This document shows, in pieces, positions 56,754 through 64,000 of a stretch of 64,000 bases of DNA; the stretch's first letter is position 1, and each line of letters begins with the position of its first letter. The stretch lies in IMG/VR virus record IMGVR_UViG_3300028260_000001, positions 120,333 to 184,332 of that record. One strand, given 5' to 3'. Both the position numbers and the translations under genes were made by a program. Below the pieces are notes generated by a model. That model was not told the DNA's origin. It made no database searches and saw only the letters and a program-made list of their open reading frames with translations. The DNA comes from a virus. Lineage: Duplodnaviria; Heunggongvirae; Uroviricota; Caudoviricetes.

Positions 56754-57215
56754 TTAAAGGTTACGTTCGATGTGTGTGACACTGGCTACGTGATTACGGC
56801 AGAGGGCAATGACATCACCTTCAGGTGAAGAACCCATACCCCAGCCACGCAAGGCTTCACCCAACATGATGAAGCCGTGTGTTTCGCGAGCTTTAGCGAC
56901 AGTTGTATCGTGGCCCGTGGTTACCAGTTCTGTGAGAGAGGTTGATTCATCGCCATGTAGGTTAGACCAGAACACATCGGTGGCTTGGACAGTACCGTTT
57001 TGATTCAATACCAAACGGGAACCGATCTGGAGGTCTTCTTTAGGATCGAAGCCTACCAGTACACCAGCTTTGTTACGTGATAGCCATCGGGCTTCACGCA
57101 TCAAGATCTTTTCCACCAGATGTGCGTTAACCGAACCTTCTGGGATGTACGTGTTAGATCGGATATCGATTCCTACATCTGCGAAATGTTTTCGTGCTAC
57201 TACAGGATGCAACAT
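56754..57215 (-). CDS. hypothetical protein, weak dUTPase/dCTP-deaminase-fold resemblance
   Basis: Start at MLHP (GGAGG RBS); ADVGIDIRS / RWLSRNKAGVLVG loosely resemble dUTPase motifs. Confidence 0.4.
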   Translation of the reverse strand: MLHPVVARKHFADVGIDIRSNTYIPEGSVNAHLVEKILMREARWLSRNKAGVLVGFDPKEDLQIGSRLVLNQNGTVQATDVFWSNLHGDESTSLTELVTTGHDTTVAKARETHGFIMLGEALRGWGMGSSPEGDVIALCRNHVASVTHIERNL

Positions 57216-57216
57216 C

Positions 57217-57426
57217 TTACCTCCGAGGGACTCCCACTTTACGTGTGTGCCCATTAACTTTTTCCAGCAATCGTTCGTACTTTCGACCCAACGTATCTAA
57301 ACGCTTTTCCATCTCGGTCTCACGTTTAAGCAACGCTGACATTTGCTTTACCAGATCCTCGTTAGTTTGGATCAGCAAATCAATATCTTCACGTTGCTTT
57401 TCAATCAACTCTGTTTTAGTAGGCAT
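57217..57426 (-). CDS. hypothetical small coiled-coil protein
   Basis: 69 aa. Confidence 0.4.
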   Translation of the reverse strand: MPTKTELIEKQREDIDLLIQTNEDLVKQMSALLKRETEMEKRLDTLGRKYERLLEKVNGHTRKVGVPRR

Positions 57427-57428
57427 AA

Positions 57429-57860
57429 TCAGATCGTGTTATCGAATACCCAATCGCCGTGATGGGTTTTGTTATGGAATGCCACAGGAGCAGGAGGTCG
57501 GTTATACTCGCCATGTACATGGAAAGTCATGTTCAACCTACGACGTTGGTAATAAGGTTCCAGTTTAACATGATACTGGTCCTTAGCTGTATCTACCGTA
57601 ATCGTAGCCACTAGTTTCCTATTGGACTGACTCCGCTTATCCCAAATCTGGAATTGTTTGATTCCTTCATACGAGTGTAACGTGGGTACTGTTTTAAATG
57701 CATGTACCGGTTGACCATCTGTTTCGAAAGTCAATCCCGGTGTAATCCAAAAAGGTTTCCCTAAGGTTTTGTCTTCAGTGCCTCGAACACAACTCCCTAG
57801 ATCACCAATGCAGTCGTCGTACAAACCAATGGTTAGTTCTATCATACCGCTATACTCCAT
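57429..57860 (-). CDS. hypothetical protein
   Basis: 143 aa. Confidence 0.5.
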   Translation of the reverse strand: MEYSGMIELTIGLYDDCIGDLGSCVRGTEDKTLGKPFWITPGLTFETDGQPVHAFKTVPTLHSYEGIKQFQIWDKRSQSNRKLVATITVDTAKDQYHVKLEPYYQRRRLNMTFHVHGEYNRPPAPVAFHNKTHHGDWVFDNTI

Positions 57861-58219
57861 AGATGCGATGGAATAGCTGGATCTTGCGATAGTTCCAACA
57901 CGGTTTGGAAAGGCGTTAACCGACGCATGCTAACAGGTTTAATCCAACGCATTCGCTTGAGCTGTAATTCAACTTCCAGCTCAGCAATCATCTCGTTTTG
58001 GATGCGATCAAAGAAAATAAACACAATCCGATTGGGGAACTCAAGCTGGGGTTCTTTATAAACACCCAGCTCAGATTCATAGTTCTGTGGCCCTTGTGTG
58101 ATCGACAGTACATTAGCATCAATGAACGTGTGATCTGGTGAACCTATGTGTACCAGGGAATTAGACCGTCCCGATACAACGCCCCGATTGGAGTAATCCA
58201 GGGTTATCGACGTCTTCAT
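57842..58219 (-). CDS. hypothetical protein
   Basis: Start at MKTSIT with GAGGA RBS. Confidence 0.45.
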   Translation of the reverse strand: MKTSITLDYSNRGVVSGRSNSLVHIGSPDHTFIDANVLSITQGPQNYESELGVYKEPQLEFPNRIVFIFFDRIQNEMIAELEVELQLKRMRWIKPVSMRRLTPFQTVLELSQDPAIPSHLWSIAV

Positions 58220-58628
58220 GGGTATCCTCGATTTGTACGAGGAAAGCAATAGTACAACGTTCGATAGCCGCACCCAGTTCTACTGGAATAATAGCATCGA
58301 GAGCAGCATTGTCAGTAACGATCCGTTTGTGTGGACCACCGAACATTACAGACGAAACTTTCTGTAGGTTGTAGACAACAGTAACGACCTGGGCTGTACC
58401 GCGCTCAGTCCAATTTGGTTGGAGGCAGAAAGTAAACCCTTTTGCTGGGATACCTGTGTATTGCTCCGACACTTGGACTGGTGTAATCCACTGAATCTTA
58501 CTGGCATCAACCCCAAGCATCTCCGGCAGTTGATAGCATTCAGATCCCATGATTGGAACTTGAACGATAACTTGCTTCACGCCGCTGCTATCGTCGACTG
58601 GCAATCTGCGGATTGACATTTCGTACAT
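58161..58628 (-). CDS. hypothetical protein
   Basis: 155 aa. Confidence 0.45.
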   Translation of the reverse strand: MYEMSIRRLPVDDSSGVKQVIVQVPIMGSECYQLPEMLGVDASKIQWITPVQVSEQYTGIPAKGFTFCLQPNWTERGTAQVVTVVYNLQKVSSVMFGGPHKRIVTDNAALDAIIPVELGAAIERCTIAFLVQIEDTHEDVDNPGLLQSGRCIGTV

Positions 58629-58957
58629 TTGCTTTCCTTCGGTTGGATGATGAGATGAAGATCGACACCGGCAGGACGATCCATTGGGTTCTCGAGCTTC
58701 AGAAAATAATGCCCAGTACCGATGTCTAGCATCAGGCTACCCAGCTTTACAGATTCTTCACGACCCTTACGATAGATCGTTCGTTGGTACACGCCAGGGA
58801 TAATGGCCTCGTTGCAGATGAGGTAATCCTTGACTTCTTCGCCATGTGCATCCAATAGCTTGCAGCTGATAACCTTTTCAATTTCAGTGCCATCTTTGAA
58901 AAGGAGTTTGGACTCTTTGCCAGCGTCCAATACGGGAATACGTGCAACTAGGTTCAA
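58577..58957 (-). CDS. hypothetical protein
   Basis: 126 aa. Confidence 0.45.
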   Translation of the reverse strand: MNLVARIPVLDAGKESKLLFKDGTEIEKVISCKLLDAHGEEVKDYLICNEAIIPGVYQRTIYRKGREESVKLGSLMLDIGTGHYFLKLENPMDRPAGVDLHLIIQPKESKCTKCQSADCQSTIAAA

Positions 58958-59157
58958 CTTAGTTACTCCAGGTTGTTGTTAGTTTTAAGGATAAGGATGT
59001 TGCTATGCAACCATGTTACGATAAAAAGCCCCACTCCTTTGCTCTTAGTGTAGTCGTTCACCTATACTAAGGGGGAGCTGAGTATAAAAAATAAAAAGAG
59101 TAGTGGATGGACTCCCCTAACCCGAAGGCCAGAGGAGTCCATCCTGAATAGGAAGAA

Positions 59158-59523
59158 CTATACGGGTTCAACTTTCAACGCATAGTTCACTACGTGCTTA
59201 GGGTTACCCTTTACACGGATATCCACTTTAGCACTGTCGATGTGATACCACTCGAGTTCGATCTCATGGATCTCACACTTGTGCCACCAGTCGTACAGAG
59301 CTTGCAGAGTGGAATCATTTTCACCATGCATTACCACCGACGATACTTCAACGCCTTCATGGCGCTTGTCAGTAGCGGTAATGGTCATGGAGCGATCGAT
59401 AGGTTTACGAGAGAACCGATCAACCAGGGTGAACTTGAGCTTCTCAGCATCTTGTCCAACTGGGATCAGGTCTTCATAAACAACAGTGCTATCGGTCAGG
59501 TTAAGATAAAGTGCTTTGCACAT
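59158..59523 (-). CDS. hypothetical protein
   Basis: 121 aa. Confidence 0.5.
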   Translation of the reverse strand: MCKALYLNLTDSTVVYEDLIPVGQDAEKLKFTLVDRFSRKPIDRSMTITATDKRHEGVEVSSVVMHGENDSTLQALYDWWHKCEIHEIELEWYHIDSAKVDIRVKGNPKHVVNYALKVEPV

Positions 59524-59566
59524 GGGAACCTCCTTGGAATGAGTTATTATTCCGGCTCCCGTATTG

Positions 59567-59872
59567 TTACGGTCGTCGGATAGTTTTGAGTTGTAGCTGG
59601 ATGAGATTTAAGCGTTGTGCGGAGGGCAAGATGTCTCTGTCTCCGTGATGGTCAAACGAGGCATGTATCTGGAACGTTATGGCTTCCAGCAATGCCATAG
59701 CTCGACTGACAGCAGGATCAAACACCAACTCAGTGTTGAGTATGATGTTCAGGTGTTTTACAACTTTTCGTAGTTCTTGTTCTTCAGCTCCTTGTAGGAA
59801 GAGACGCGCAGTCTCTAGCACGCAGAGCTTCCACAGCTCTAGTACATCCATTATAGCGATCTCTGGCGGCAT
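59567..59872 (-). CDS. hypothetical protein
   Basis: 101 aa. Confidence 0.45.
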   Translation of the reverse strand: MPPEIAIMDVLELWKLCVLETARLFLQGAEEQELRKVVKHLNIILNTELVFDPAVSRAMALLEAITFQIHASFDHHGDRDILPSAQRLNLIQLQLKTIRRP

Positions 59873-59896
59873 AAAGGCTTACCTTGTGGGTAAGCC
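59868..59896 (-). repeat. hairpin cassette (GGCATAAA + GGCTTACC-TTGT-GGGTAAGCC)
   Basis: Family member with a different loop. Confidence 0.45.
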
Positions 59897-59909
59897 TAAG
59901 CCATGGGTT

Positions 59910-60203
59910 TCATACTACGTAATCGTCAAGACGAGGCATCTGGATCGGACGCCCTTCCGAGCTTTGATCCTTCAGGCAGTCTTGTACGAACACGTAGAAG
60001 TCTTTGTTGCTCGAATCCCGAATCCATTGCAGGATTTCTGGGTGTTCACCTTGCTTAGTCCGACGGTCAAGAACTTGACGACGGATTTCAGCCAACTTGG
60101 CTGGGAAAGTCAGACCAGTGTTGATTGTGATGTCCATCACACCGTAAGAGACTTTCTGAACAATGCGTTCACGGGAAGTGTGCTGCGAAACAGGGAATTC
60201 CAT
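59910..60203 (-). CDS. hypothetical protein
   Basis: 97 aa. Confidence 0.45.
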   Translation of the reverse strand: MEFPVSQHTSRERIVQKVSYGVMDITINTGLTFPAKLAEIRRQVLDRRTKQGEHPEILQWIRDSSNKDFYVFVQDCLKDQSSEGRPIQMPRLDDYVV

Positions 60204-60277
60204 GGCGTAATCCTTACTATTAAAAGGGCTATATTCACGATTGTAATATAGCCTTTTAATTAGTTTAAATCATGCCA

Positions 60278-61531
60278 TTAGTAAGTAGGTTCCACCGGAT
60301 ACAATTCGTTTGTGATGATGTATGGACCACTGTAGTACCAGACATGCGTATGCTGACAACGGTCACGTGTAGTGCGTTCCCATTTCGGAAGATATGGCTC
60401 AGCACCAATCGTAGCAAAGCCTGCTGTGTTAGGTGAGTGCTCCGAACCATCCAAACGCTTGTAACGAATGTTGTCCACAAATAGTCGCCCATCCAGTTCA
60501 CACCCTTCTAACTTAAGCCGTTCTGCAACAGCCGCGTACAACGTGGTCAGATCCACGATGACGTCTCGATAGAGCATCTCTGAGTCGACTTCGACGCGAT
60601 ACCGTTGACGAGTGAAGGTATTTGCCAACTTGCCTTCTAACAGCGCTACGTAGGCTTCCTGGCCCTGGTCTTCATCAGCTGCAAGCTTCGACACACGGAT
60701 AGGATCAAATAGTTCAACATAGTCACCGAGTGCTACATCGAACAAACGGAATTTCTTGTAACGGTCAATTAACGGCAACATGACCCACACGTGTTGTCCA
60801 GCTTCACCGATGATTTTCTTTTCTTCGGTATCGTAGACATAGTACCGTACATTCATGTTGAATGTACGATTTTTTATCTGTCCCCGATCCTCGAATGACA
60901 CCAGCAATAACCGGGTGGGGGACAGTTCACCAATAACGATGTATTTTTCCAGATTCCAACGGTTAGCCAGTTCCCATCTTGCGTAGGTATCTCTTAGCCC
61001 CTTATACATCCAAGAATCGCTTGAGTCAGGGAGGGCGCGGTAAGGATAGTAGTCGTGCCGCCCCCTGCGTTTACGATAAGTACATTTGTTCTCGAATCGA
61101 GGGATTACTTCGAAAGTAGCCGGATCTTTCTCTTCCGTCGAATTCCGTTCTAACGAAGTCAGTTCTAAGTGGCTATATTTACTACCCCACTCAATAAGAC
61201 TAGTTGAGTAATACGCGCCGCTGGAGATACCTTTCTCGTAGATATCCGACAGCGTGACTTGTTCTAGTGTATCACAGTTGAACAAGTGCATATTGTGTTC
61301 GAGATTATTTTCCCCTTGGATCAAACCACGATACCGTGCCGGGTCGTCAAAGCAATGGATCTCAACCAGATCAGCTTTTGTATTCTTGATATCCTTCGAC
61401 ATCGCATCCAACCACTCTTGGTAGCGGTTGGTACGGCAGAAAGTTTCTGGTGGTTTCTTCGCAGGCGCAGCTGGAGTTACAGGTTCTTTCTTGCCCCAGA
61501 ACAGTTCAGAAACGAAACTACAGATCGACAT
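60278..61531 (-). CDS. hypothetical protein
   Basis: 417 aa. Confidence 0.6.
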   Translation of the reverse strand: MSICSFVSELFWGKKEPVTPAAPAKKPPETFCRTNRYQEWLDAMSKDIKNTKADLVEIHCFDDPARYRGLIQGENNLEHNMHLFNCDTLEQVTLSDIYEKGISSGAYYSTSLIEWGSKYSHLELTSLERNSTEEKDPATFEVIPRFENKCTYRKRRGRHDYYPYRALPDSSDSWMYKGLRDTYARWELANRWNLEKYIVIGELSPTRLLLVSFEDRGQIKNRTFNMNVRYYVYDTEEKKIIGEAGQHVWVMLPLIDRYKKFRLFDVALGDYVELFDPIRVSKLAADEDQGQEAYVALLEGKLANTFTRQRYRVEVDSEMLYRDVIVDLTTLYAAVAERLKLEGCELDGRLFVDNIRYKRLDGSEHSPNTAGFATIGAEPYLPKWERTTRDRCQHTHVWYYSGPYIITNELYPVEPTY

Positions 61532-61539
61532 ATGAATCC

Positions 61540-62451
61540 TTACGGGAATTTGGTTGGCAGCTTGTTAGTATAGGTGTATAGACCGGTTCCGAAACCGGGA
61601 CTATTCGATTCTTTCAAGAAGAACCGATGACCAGGAAGATCTACGTCTAGTTTACCGATTGCGATGGGTTCCGGCATCATACCCACACGCAATTTGATCT
61701 CATCAATATTCAAAGACCATTCTTTACAATCGTGGTCGTAATTGTTGTGAATTGCAGTCATGAACGGAGCCAGATCAACTACTGGAATGCCAGAGTTATC
61801 TAACGTATTGATATTGATGATTACGTCATAGGACAGATAATCATAAACACCTGGGCAATTGGGGACTTCTACTAAACGCGTGTATGCACCAATCGGATCG
61901 AGTCGTTCATTGGTGATCTCGATGATCGGACGATAACTGGAATCACCTTCACAGCAAAGATCTTCAATCTTGGCAGTATATGGGTGGACATCATTGAACC
62001 AGCCATATTGGAATTCACGAAGCATAACCGAGGGGATGCTAACTGCCTGCCCCCCTCGGGTATACAACACGATCCAATCACCTTTGATGCTATCACGCTT
62101 CAGGTAATACTTGACATCATTCTTTGGCCAAGTAATAAAGTGAATACCGCAATGATCACTTACATTGCGCATTTCCATATGGCTAACAAGAGCTACAGCA
62201 TGATTGTGCCAACTCGAGTGGGTACGCTGATCTCGAAGAATCCAGTTGAACCTGTCCTTCTTTGGAATATCCAAAGTACATGCAGGAACTGGATACAACG
62301 AGTTCTTATGGAAGAAGACGAGTTCTCCGTTCTTCATTACCAGGTACATGTCGCGATACTCTGGATGTCTGAAGAATGGAACATAATCTTTGAAGCTTTC
62401 GTCTTCTACCAGACTGGCCAATCGACTCTTGTTGATATACGACCTGAACAT
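61540..62451 (-). CDS. hypothetical protein
   Basis: 303 aa. Confidence 0.6.
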   Translation of the reverse strand: MFRSYINKSRLASLVEDESFKDYVPFFRHPEYRDMYLVMKNGELVFFHKNSLYPVPACTLDIPKKDRFNWILRDQRTHSSWHNHAVALVSHMEMRNVSDHCGIHFITWPKNDVKYYLKRDSIKGDWIVLYTRGGQAVSIPSVMLREFQYGWFNDVHPYTAKIEDLCCEGDSSYRPIIEITNERLDPIGAYTRLVEVPNCPGVYDYLSYDVIININTLDNSGIPVVDLAPFMTAIHNNYDHDCKEWSLNIDEIKLRVGMMPEPIAIGKLDVDLPGHRFFLKESNSPGFGTGLYTYTNKLPTKFP

Positions 62452-62460
62452 CTTATTTCC

Positions 62461-63429
62461 TTATGCGAAAGTACGAGGGAACAATCCATCATTACGGATT
62501 TGGAATGAAGCGGACTTCGATCCATTAGGGAAATGGAAGAAGTATTTGTTTTCATAAAGCGAATGCATAACCATACCGTGACTGAGTACACCGTCAATGA
62601 TAAAGTCAATGCGATCCAGATCGATCAATACAGCTCGTCCATGGAACTCAGCTGCCACAATGTGGTTGATCAGGTAGTAGACGTTCAAGACTTGATTGTC
62701 TCCAGCCATACCCGACAGATCGATAGCCAGTCGATAAGAGTGCTTATCGGACAAACCTTCGCCTGCACCCTTCAATGCAATGACCGAATCATCCTTGTCC
62801 ATCTCGGTTAAGGTGTAACGCTCACGCAGTGTCTTGCGGATAGGCAGATTAGATACATCTGTAACTGCCATGCTGTTGTCGATGACTACTCGATTTTTAT
62901 ACGAGAGGTTATCGAGATGCCACGTTCCACCATATTGGTCCAATAGAAAAAACATGAACCAACCAGTTCGACGAACCGACAATGCATCCGGCATGGTATA
63001 CAGATTCAACCTGGGACCCCGGCTGGAATCACAAGCTGCATACCACTTAATACCTCTTGCATCGGTGTAGACATGTATTCCTTCATGAGCTGCGAGTTGA
63101 CGCACAATAGCAATGCGGTCATTCATGAAGTTCACAACGCTATCGGCATCAGGGCGATGCGACAGATGCTTTACATGGGTGGAGTCATTACGCGTACAGA
63201 ACTCAAACGTATACTGACTGGCGTCATTACCGGTCAGATGCATGCGTCCAAGTTCTGGTCCTTCCCCGATACGATGGAACCCAACTTTCCCTTCGTAGTC
63301 ATCTTCGACGAAGACAAGCCAGCGCTTCTGATTCTCATCAGTAGCAATTGCAAAGTGCACGTCATGCAAGTGCATTACACGTGCAAGCCATGCCTCCTTG
63401 CTTTCTAGCAAGCGTCTACGGATACCCAT
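62461..63429 (-). CDS. hypothetical protein
   Basis: Start at MGIRRR; the upstream Met would place the promoter motif inside the gene. Confidence 0.55.
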   Translation of the reverse strand: MGIRRRLLESKEAWLARVMHLHDVHFAIATDENQKRWLVFVEDDYEGKVGFHRIGEGPELGRMHLTGNDASQYTFEFCTRNDSTHVKHLSHRPDADSVVNFMNDRIAIVRQLAAHEGIHVYTDARGIKWYAACDSSRGPRLNLYTMPDALSVRRTGWFMFFLLDQYGGTWHLDNLSYKNRVVIDNSMAVTDVSNLPIRKTLRERYTLTEMDKDDSVIALKGAGEGLSDKHSYRLAIDLSGMAGDNQVLNVYYLINHIVAAEFHGRAVLIDLDRIDFIIDGVLSHGMVMHSLYENKYFFHFPNGSKSASFQIRNDGLFPRTFA

Positions 63430-63460
63430 CTTTATTTTTCCTTTTGGTGAATTAAGCCAA

Positions 63461-63477
63461 AGTAGTAATATAGATCT
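63461..63477 (-). promoter_or_regulatory. promoter-like motif (sense: AAAGTTTGAGATCTATATTACTACTTTGG)
   Basis: CTATATTACT family; directly downstream of terminator 63494-63526. Confidence 0.45.
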
Positions 63478-63493
63478 CAAACTTTTTGTGATG

Positions 63494-63526
63494 AAAAAAA
63501 AAACATAACGCCTCCCCGAAGGGAGG
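63494..63526 (-). terminator. intrinsic terminator (GCCTCCC-CGAA-GGGAGGC + GTTATG + U10)
   Basis: UUCG hairpin + T10 on the minus strand. Confidence 0.7.
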
Positions 63527-63536
63527 CTATATGCTG

Positions 63537-63800
63537 TTACGACAATTGCATTATCTGGTCGTTGATAGCGTCCAGTTGTTCCTGGGCACGAATAACGGCA
63601 GGGATCTTTGAGCGATTGTGTTTACGTCCACAGATTCGCTGTAGGCAGCAAGGACACAGGAACCGAGAGGTTGATGTATCGTAAGCTATACCATCGGCAC
63701 AAGATCTATTAATCAAGCGCAGACGCTCATTACGGAGCTGACGAATTTTCTTACGGACTAGATATCGTTTCCAGATACCAGATAAAAGGGGTATTTCCAT
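63537..63800 (-). CDS. small zinc-ribbon protein
   Basis: CPCC...C motif. Confidence 0.45.
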   Translation of the reverse strand: MEIPLLSGIWKRYLVRKKIRQLRNERLRLINRSCADGIAYDTSTSRFLCPCCLQRICGRKHNRSKIPAVIRAQEQLDAINDQIMQLS

Positions 63801-63805
63801 TTTGT

Positions 63806-64000
63806 TTACGGCTTCCTCAAGCCAGCACGAATACGGGTTCTTTTTACGTACTCTTGTGCTTTGTCAAATTTGTCATAGAACGCATTCACGCGGTTCTGTA
63901 AAGTGTTGTCACCAACCATGATATCGGGGTCAAAACTACCAACAACATTCCGACTGTACAACATCGCACTGGTATTGTATTTGACCCAGTCCTGAAGCTT
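63806..64000 (-). CDS. hypothetical protein, 3' end only (start beyond window)
   Basis: Open minus-strand frame from the window edge to a stop at 63806. Confidence 0.4.
   Translation of the reverse strand, partial: KLQDWVKYNTSAMLYSRNVVGSFDPDIMVGDNTLQNRVNAFYDKFDKAQEYVKRTRIRAGLRKP

Overview
The window reads like a slice of a large virulent dsDNA phage genome rather than a bacterial chromosome. Genes are short and tightly packed, ATGA/TAATG start-stop overlaps are frequent, tRNA genes sit among structural genes, and there is no integrase or rRNA. Three regions stand out.

- **1-4.0 kb, receptor-binding and tRNA region.**
  - Genes: three lectin-type, receptor-binding-like genes (a ConA/LamG-like C-terminal fragment, an F5/8 discoidin protein and a minus-strand Kelch beta-propeller) and one tail-fibre-like ORF.
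  - tRNAs: two clusters holding six tRNAs (Trp-CCA, Leu-TAA, Leu-TAG, Ser-TGA, Thr-TGT and an atypical long-variable-arm tRNA with a GCA anticodon).
  - Structured RNA: a 757-nt ORF-free RNA between tRNA-Trp and tRNA-Leu carrying group I intron-like P7 (R/S) elements.
- **4.1-11.0 kb, plus-strand block with an RNA repair/modification flavour.** It holds an RlmN/Cfr-family radical SAM enzyme, a 115-aa 2OG-Fe(II)-oxygenase-like protein, RtcB, a glycine-zipper lipoprotein and two large acidic proteins. It ends at a convergent hairpin terminator near 11.0 kb.
- **11.0-64 kb, one long minus-strand array of about 110 mostly small ORFs of unknown function (early-region-like).**
  - Enzymes with recognisable homology: a KxDGS-motif RNA-ligase-like enzyme, a thymidylate-synthase-family enzyme with two large insertions, a NadV-like plus Prs-like pair (consistent with NARP1-type NAD+ reconstitution), a BCS1-like AAA ATPase, an SspB-like ClpX adaptor homologue and two GIY-YIG-like nucleases.
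  - Membrane and structural-type proteins: an SPFH/band-7 lipoprotein with a membrane partner and an Ig-like (Big_2) protein.
  - Small-protein families and domain-less ORFs: a tandem paralog family of small acidic proteins ending in E-T/E-V/I-N-S, several zinc-ribbon peptides, and many membrane, secreted and lipoprotein ORFs.

Two regulatory layers are visible in the non-coding DNA. About 25 copies of a GC-rich hairpin (loop UUCG/UNCG on the sense strand) are followed by (C)UUUAUGCCG. Four of them additionally carry a U10 tract, making canonical intrinsic terminators. Seven copies of a promoter-like motif, CTATATTACT in sense orientation, split the minus array into transcription units. A separate conserved 20-mer precedes both tRNA clusters.

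All domain calls come from motif recognition by eye; no database search was run.
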